A stretch of 64,000 nt of DNA from Deinococcales bacterium (GTDB lineage: Bacteria > Deinococcota > Deinococci > Deinococcales > JAAFIG01): the NCBI GenBank assembly GCA_031414595.1, contig JANNVX010000114.1:1-64000 (forward strand), read 5' to 3'. Positions within the stretch are counted from its first letter, which is position 1; every line of letters starts with the position of its first letter. Below are positions 58,954 to 64,000 of the stretch, piece after piece. The notes beneath the pieces are model-generated. The model was given only the letters and a program-made list of their open reading frames with translations, was not told the origin of the DNA and ran no database searches. Position numbers and translations under genes: made by a program.

Positions 58954-59514
58954 ATGAAAAAAATTGTCTTAGCCATCGAAATTCTTGATAACTGGGTTGA
59001 ATATATGCCAGACCTGATTCAGTATGCCCAAACCAGCAGTAGCGCGGTGCATATTCTCGAGTTTGCCGCCCCGCTTGGGACTGGAATGTTCACCTCGAAC
59101 TTGCCAGCCAACCAGCCAGCCGCACCAACGTTATTTGAAGCCGAAAACACCGCTAGTCTTGACCCAGATTTAACCCCTGCTGATACGCTCAGGGTAGCCG
59201 CCGAGACCACCGCCTTTGTGGAGCTTATCGCCACCTATTTACGTGCCAATAAGCTAGAAGTCACTACTGCTTGGCTGCCCAATTTTGATCAGATGCAGCT
59301 TGGCGAGTACGCTCTGGCGCAAGGCGCGGATGCGGTTGCTTTAATCGAACAAGGTTGGTGGCAAAAATTGTTGAACGGCGACCCACACACATTTCTAAAA
59401 AAACTAAACCTAACAACCATTGACCTTAAACCCTCGAGCATCACACCAGCCGAACAAATGGCGCTTTCGGCAAACCTCGAGCCTAAAGATATTCATGGCA
59501 CAAGCCCGAATTGA
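58954..59514 (+). CDS. Hypothetical protein, possibly degenerate USP fold
   Basis: MKKIVLAI...VHIL...GADAV; AGGAG RBS. Confidence 0.5.
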   Translation: MKKIVLAIEILDNWVEYMPDLIQYAQTSSSAVHILEFAAPLGTGMFTSNLPANQPAAPTLFEAENTASLDPDLTPADTLRVAAETTAFVELIATYLRANKLEVTTAWLPNFDQMQLGEYALAQGADAVALIEQGWWQKLLNGDPHTFLKKLNLTTIDLKPSSITPAEQMALSANLEPKDIHGTSPN

Positions 59515-59536
59515 CAGCACCAGAAGTGACCTTATT

Positions 59537-59956
59537 TTAGAGTGGCATCAATACAGTATCTATGCAGTGAATTACGCCATTGCTGGCTACCATATCGGTT
59601 TTAACAACTTTAGCCTCGTTAATTTCAACCAATTGTTCAGTAATTGTGACGTTTAGGTTTGCCCCTTCAACGGTTTTAGCGGTTTTACCATTCATGCGTA
59701 AAACATCTTTAGCTGTAACAAGACCAAAAACAAGATGATAAGTCAAGATTTTGGTCAGACTGGCTTTATCAGCAAGCAGTGCTGCCCAATCGGTTTTACT
59801 GATTTTGGCAAAGGCTTCATTGGTTGGGGCAAAAACCGTGTAGCGACTCGAGCCGGATAAAGTATCTATTAAATCAGCCGCTTTTAAGGCTTTCACAAAG
59901 GTACTTAAGGCTTGGCTACTCGAGGCGACTTGCACAATGTTAGCTGGTGCGGACAT
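59537..59956 (-). CDS. Fasciclin (FAS1) domain protein
   Basis: TVFAPTNEAF, ILTYH, ASNGVIH.IDTVL. Confidence 0.95.
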   Translation of the reverse strand: MSAPANIVQVASSSQALSTFVKALKAADLIDTLSGSSRYTVFAPTNEAFAKISKTDWAALLADKASLTKILTYHLVFGLVTAKDVLRMNGKTAKTVEGANLNVTITEQLVEINEAKVVKTDMVASNGVIHCIDTVLMPL

Positions 59957-60097
59957 ATTGAACCCCTTTTGGTGCGGACACCTTAAACCCCTTTTGGTGC
60001 GGGTGTGACAAATTGCTAAGATTTTTTGACGCTACACCAAGCATAACACCTTCATCTGAGCTTTGTGCGTTTATCAAAAAGGAGTAAAATGCTTCCC

Positions 60098-61087
60098 ATG
60101 CGAGTTGCTGTCTTTAACACCAAACCTTATGACCGAACTTTTTTAACGGCTGCCAATGCCGAGCAGTTTGAATTGGTCTTTCTCGAGCCGCGTTTAGAGC
60201 TTCTGACCGCTCCACTGGCGGCGGGTTGCCAAGTGGTTTGTGCCTTTGTCAACGATGACCTAAGCGCCGCAACACTCGAGATTTTGGCGGGTCTGGGCGT
60301 ACAACTGATTGCTTTGCGTTGTGCAGGATTTAATCAAGTTGACTTAAAAGCCGCCAAGCGCCTTGGTTTGATTGTGGTTCGTGTTCCGGCTTACTCACCA
60401 CATGCCGTGGCAGAACATGCTTTGGCACTGCTTTTAACCTTAAATCGGCAGATTCACAGGGCGTATAACCGTGTACGTGATGGTAATTTTGCTTTGGAAG
60501 GGTTACTTGGTTTTGACCTGCATAAAAAAACCATCGGGGTGATTGGCACAGGTAAAATCGGGGCTATTTTTGCCAAGCTGCTTCATGCTTTTGATTGCCG
60601 TATTGTGGCATTTGACCTGTTTCCAAATTTAGACCTTGGGTTTCTCGAGTACCTACCGCTTGAGCAGGTTTTTGCCGAGTCCGATGTGATTTCGCTGCAT
60701 TGCCCATTAACCCCAGAAACCCAGCATTTGGTCAATCCAGAGCGCCTAGCCCAAATGAAACACGGCGCAATGCTGGTCAACACCTCAAGAGGCGGCTTAA
60801 TTGATACTCCAGCCGTGCTAGAAGCCTTAAAGACTGGTCAGTTGGGGGCGTTGGCGTTAGATGTCTACGAAGAAGAAGCCGATTTATTCTTTGAGGATTT
60901 ATCGAACCGAGTGATTCAAGATGATGTTTTTATGCGCCTGATGACCCTGCCTAATGTTTTAATTACTGGACATCAAGGTTTTTTTACCAAGGAAGCACTC
61001 GAGCAGATTGCTCGGACAACCATCGCCAACATTCAAGCATTTGCCAACAAGCAAGTGCTGACCAACCAGTGTTTAGCTGATTCTTAA
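60098..61087 (+). CDS. ldhA: D-lactate dehydrogenase (D-2-hydroxyacid dehydrogenase)
   Basis: [39 protein letters not shown]. Confidence 0.92.
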   Translation: MRVAVFNTKPYDRTFLTAANAEQFELVFLEPRLELLTAPLAAGCQVVCAFVNDDLSAATLEILAGLGVQLIALRCAGFNQVDLKAAKRLGLIVVRVPAYSPHAVAEHALALLLTLNRQIHRAYNRVRDGNFALEGLLGFDLHKKTIGVIGTGKIGAIFAKLLHAFDCRIVAFDLFPNLDLGFLEYLPLEQVFAESDVISLHCPLTPETQHLVNPERLAQMKHGAMLVNTSRGGLIDTPAVLEALKTGQLGALALDVYEEEADLFFEDLSNRVIQDDVFMRLMTLPNVLITGHQGFFTKEALEQIARTTIANIQAFANKQVLTNQCLADS

Positions 61088-61747
61088 GACATAGCCAACG
61101 TTACGAATGGTTTGCAATAAGCGCGGTTCGCCGTTTTCCTCGAGTTTTTGGCGCAACTGCGACATAAAGACTTCAACCACGTTGTCGTCACCCAAAAAGT
61201 CTTCATCCCAAACACGGTCAAGTAAGTACGATTTACTCATCACCCGTTCGGGCTGCTCTAAGAATTCTTGGAGCAACTTAAATTCTCGGCTAGTCAGGTT
61301 TAGAACCCGAGTACCGCGTTTGGCACTAAATGCGGGGACATCCATTTGTACGTCATCAAAGCGCAGTAAACTCGAGATTGTGCCTCCCATACGGCGTTGA
61401 ATCGCTCGAATTCGCGCAATCAAAACATCGAAATTAACCGGTTTGACCACATAATCATCCGCGCCGGTATTTAAGCCTTCCATTTGGGCTTCTGCGGCAT
61501 CGTTGGCGGTCAGCATAATGACTGGTAATTTTGTGTCCACCGCCCGTAAACGACGCAACACTTCAAAACCATCTATACCCGGCATCATCAGGTCTAAAAT
61601 CATCATGTGTGGAGCGCGGTCAAGCACAGCCCGTAAGCCCTGTTCGCCGTTCTCAGCAGTATCGACTTGAAAACCCTCAAACGACAAGCCGCGCTTTAAG
61701 AAACTGCGAACACTTGCGTCGTCATCTACTACCAAGATTCGTTGCAT
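61073..61747 (-). CDS. OmpR/PhoB-family response regulator (MprA-like)
   Basis: VVDDD, DLMMP, GADDY.VKP, NVVEV...[14 protein letters not shown]. Confidence 0.93.
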   Translation of the reverse strand: MQRILVVDDDASVRSFLKRGLSFEGFQVDTAENGEQGLRAVLDRAPHMMILDLMMPGIDGFEVLRRLRAVDTKLPVIMLTANDAAEAQMEGLNTGADDYVVKPVNFDVLIARIRAIQRRMGGTISSLLRFDDVQMDVPAFSAKRGTRVLNLTSREFKLLQEFLEQPERVMSKSYLLDRVWDEDFLGDDNVVEVFMSQLRQKLEENGEPRLLQTIRNVGYVLRIS

Positions 61748-61771
61748 ATTACATAGTCTTACCACACGAAA

Positions 61772-61815
61772 TTGAACTCAAACTGAATTTCAGTTGGGCT
61801 TCAAGTTTACTTCAA
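61772..61815. promoter_or_regulatory. Opposing TTCAG/TTCAA arrays between response regulator and DoxX
   Basis: TTGAA 61772, CTGAA 61783; TTCAG 61789, TTCAA 61800, TTCAA 61811. Confidence 0.7.
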
Positions 61816-61874
61816 CAAAAATACAATCCAAGTTCGTAAATTGAGGTATAGCAAGAAATTTTTAAGGAGCTTTT

Positions 61875-62450
61875 ATGATGATTCCAATAGTAAAAAGTCC
61901 GCGCCTCGAGATTCCTGAACCCCGTATTAGCCGTTTTTTATTTGCCGATACACGACTAGCGCCACTTTGGACAATACTGCGCTTGTATCTTGGCTATGAA
62001 TGGCTGACGGCTGGCTGGGGCAAGCTGACCAATCCAGCCGGAGTTTGGGTTGGCGACAAAGCTGGCGCGGCAATTACTGGTTTTTTGAATGGCGCACTTA
62101 AAAAAACAGATGGTGACCACCCAGATGTCCAAGGTTTTTATGCCTGGTTTATCAGCAATGTTGCCTTACCCAATGCCACGCTTTTTAGTTACTTGGTGAC
62201 GTTTGGCGAAATAATCGTTGGGGTTGCGCTTATCTTGGGTTTATTTACGGGATTAGCCGCTTTTTTTGGTGGCTTTATGAACAGCAACTTTTTACTGGCT
62301 GGAACAGTCTCGAGTAACCCAGTCTTGTTTATCTTAGCCACATTTATTGTCTTGGCATGGCGCACCTCGGGGTATTGGGGTTTAGACCGCTTTGTTTTGC
62401 CAGCCGTAGGTATACGGGCGGTGTTCAGCCCGAATTCAGATAACAAATAG
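61875..62450 (+). CDS. DoxX-family membrane protein
   Basis: RLYLGYEWL.AG..K, GE..VG.ALILG, N..FLLAG.VS.NP, G.D. Confidence 0.88.
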   Translation: MMIPIVKSPRLEIPEPRISRFLFADTRLAPLWTILRLYLGYEWLTAGWGKLTNPAGVWVGDKAGAAITGFLNGALKKTDGDHPDVQGFYAWFISNVALPNATLFSYLVTFGEIIVGVALILGLFTGLAAFFGGFMNSNFLLAGTVSSNPVLFILATFIVLAWRTSGYWGLDRFVLPAVGIRAVFSPNSDNK

Positions 62451-62483
62451 CCCATCTAAAGCTGCCTGTTTTAACTTGGTGCT

Positions 62484-62822
62484 ATGAAAATAAGTTTGAT
62501 TATTGCGGCGTTTATCCTGACCCTGATAACAATAGCCACGGTTGCCATTGCTATTTTCTCGAGTCCTTTACCACAACCTTTGCAAGTCTATAGGTGCAGG
62601 GCAAATCAAGTTTTATTGGTGCGAGTTTCCAACACTTCGGTGCAGATAGGACAAGCCAGACGTTCGCATTCACTGACTTGGGTGACGGTTAATCGGGCAG
62701 CCAATAAAAAATTTGAATGGCTGGTCAATGGTAAAACCGCACAATTACGCAGAATCTCAAATCGTTCGGTGGTGGTTAGTCAGTGCAATGCCACAAAACA
62801 AGATGAACCCTTCAGGAGTTGA
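62484..62822 (+). CDS. Hypothetical exported protein
   Basis: N-terminal TM, two Cys. Confidence 0.5.
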   Translation: MKISLIIAAFILTLITIATVAIAIFSSPLPQPLQVYRCRANQVLLVRVSNTSVQIGQARRSHSLTWVTVNRAANKKFEWLVNGKTAQLRRISNRSVVVSQCNATKQDEPFRS

Positions 62823-62824
62823 TT

Positions 62825-63034
62825 ATGAAAACAAAACGCGAATCTCGAGTACCGACTTTAACCCCCAAAGAAGTACCCGCTTTAACCCCCAAAGAAGCTG
62901 AGGTATTGCACGAAGCCTTACAACCCCAAGATGCTCCAACCCCCAAAGGAAGTAAGCACCTTGGGGCAAAAGAAGAACAGGTCAGTCCTCTATCCAGTCC
63001 CGAAATCGCGGACAGTGACGCACCCGGCGGCTAA
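62825..63034 (+). CDS. Small hypothetical protein with 24-bp tandem repeat (LTPKE x2)
   Basis: AGGAG RBS; tttaacccccaaagaag twice. Confidence 0.55.
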   Translation: MKTKRESRVPTLTPKEVPALTPKEAEVLHEALQPQDAPTPKGSKHLGAKEEQVSPLSSPEIADSDAPGG

Positions 63035-63035
63035 G

Positions 63036-63062
63036 TTCAGTTTCGCTTCAGTTTGGGTTCAG
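63036..63062 (+). promoter_or_regulatory. Three TTCAG repeats at 11-bp period
   Basis: TTCAG-tttcgc-TTCAG-tttggg-TTCAG. Confidence 0.72.
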
Positions 63063-63096
63063 TAAACTTGTGGTTTTTAACTGCCATACTGTACAC

Positions 63097-64000
63097 ATGA
63101 AGCATCAGCCTGTTAAAACCCGTTTTGCCAATTGGCTTGACCGCTCGAGTTTAGGTATAAAACTCAATGTTTTGGTGTTTCTGATTTTTTTTCCTCCCTT
63201 TGCTTTTACGATTGTTTTTGTCTGGATTACCACCCAATTGCAACAAAATGCCTTTAAGACAACTCAGTACCGCGAAGTTATTTTTGCTTTGAACGACTTA
63301 AATGTTAGTTTGCTAAACATCGAAACTGGGATTCATGGTTATATTTTAACCAACAACCAAGAATTTCTTGAACCTTATGAAAATGGTCTTAAAGCCACCC
63401 AAAAGGCGTTGGCTGAATTAGAAAGTAGTCTGGTACTTAGCCTCCAAGCTCAGATTTTAGGCTATGAAATTCAGATTTATCAAAGTTGGATTAAAACCCA
63501 ATTACAACAAAAAAGGTTTTTGAATCTAAAAACTCAAGATGCTGTTTTGTTAGAAAGTAAACGAAGATTTGATCGTTTGAGTCAGTCCTTTGCCCAAACC
63601 AAAACAGCCAGCTTAGAATTATTTGAAGGGAGTCGAACCAAGACTTTAGCGGATATAGGATTTTTAGGTTGGTTTCCGTGGTTACTCTTTATTTTACTGC
63701 TTTTGGGTAATTTGTTATGGCGCTGGGGAGTCCAAAAATTTGTACTTTTTCCCTTAAAAGTCATTGCTGGCACTGTCCAAACCCAAGTTGTAGATTCAAA
63801 ACCTCGTATTTCCTCGAAAAGTCAAGATGAAATTGGGCAACTGAGGAACAGCTTAAATATGTCCTATGAGGCTTTGCAGACTCGGACTCGAGATTTAGAG
63901 CTTTCTAATATCAATCTTGAAATTGGCAGGAAACAACTCGAGTTGAATTCAGAATTAGCCGTTAGTGCGGCTCGAATGGTGGCTTGGGATTGGAAGATTC
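63097..64000 (+). CDS. CHASE3-HAMP-PAS sensor protein (partial; output domain beyond window)
   Basis: TM, LLNIETGIHGYILT...FLEPY, TM, DEIGQL, then AARMVAWDW; open to window end; absent from ORF track. Confidence 0.8.
   Translation, partial: MKHQPVKTRFANWLDRSSLGIKLNVLVFLIFFPPFAFTIVFVWITTQLQQNAFKTTQYREVIFALNDLNVSLLNIETGIHGYILTNNQEFLEPYENGLKATQKALAELESSLVLSLQAQILGYEIQIYQSWIKTQLQQKRFLNLKTQDAVLLESKRRFDRLSQSFAQTKTASLELFEGSRTKTLADIGFLGWFPWLLFILLLLGNLLWRWGVQKFVLFPLKVIAGTVQTQVVDSKPRISSKSQDEIGQLRNSLNMSYEALQTRTRDLELSNINLEIGRKQLELNSELAVSAARMVAWDWKI

Noticed and set aside
59945-60002. Short direct repeats (aaccccttttggtgcgg x2) at the fasciclin start; also attggtacttagaa x2 at about 49924-49962
   Set aside because: Look like local slippage duplications at gene ends; no transposase or target-site context.
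1-64000. CRISPR array, rRNA or tRNA
   Set aside because: No regularly spaced 23-47-bp repeats with unique spacers and no recognisable RNA gene signatures seen; CTCGAG spacing is irregular.
1-64000. CTCGAG excess as an XhoI cloning or concatemer artefact
   Set aside because: Conserved genes (sucCD, dnaB, pckG) read through the sites in frame with intact motifs.
63097-64000. Calling the CHASE3 protein the cognate kinase of the response regulator
   Set aside because: The output domain lies outside the window; it could be a GGDEF/EAL protein.

Overview
Bacterial window of roughly 45% GC (by eye). It is probably from Deinococcota, inferred from the housekeeping proteins and the many leaderless -10/ATG promoters. 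About 1-18 kb is mostly housekeeping: an IS630-disrupted DUF1152 gene, uricase and HIU hydrolase, sucCD, a zinc-starvation cluster, dnaB, gatC and PLP enzymes. About 18-33 kb holds an AAA/DUF4276 pair, a 2820-aa cyclic beta-1,2-glucan synthase and envelope proteins. About 33-64 kb is a large stress/hypoxia island (Dps x2, BON x3, Hsp20, USPs, nrfHA, pyruvate kinase, PEPCK, P-type ATPase, D-LDH, two BTAD/SARP-like regulators, an OmpR-family regulator and a CHASE3 sensor). The strongest unexplained signals are five. (1) The palindrome CTCGAG is hugely over-iterated, about 7 per kb in two hand-counted 3-kb samples against about 0.2 per kb expected, like cyanobacterial HIP1; one deletion junction falls exactly on a CTCGAG. 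(2) Six promoters share GTAATGC-N4-GTAATGC-N8-(-10), the SARP-activator geometry, around Cys-rich BTAD regulators. (3) A second regulon is marked by TTCAG repeats at 11-bp period. (4) An LDH-fold protein lacks its catalytic residues. (5) NrfA has CxxCH at all five hemes. All calls were made by eye, without database searches.
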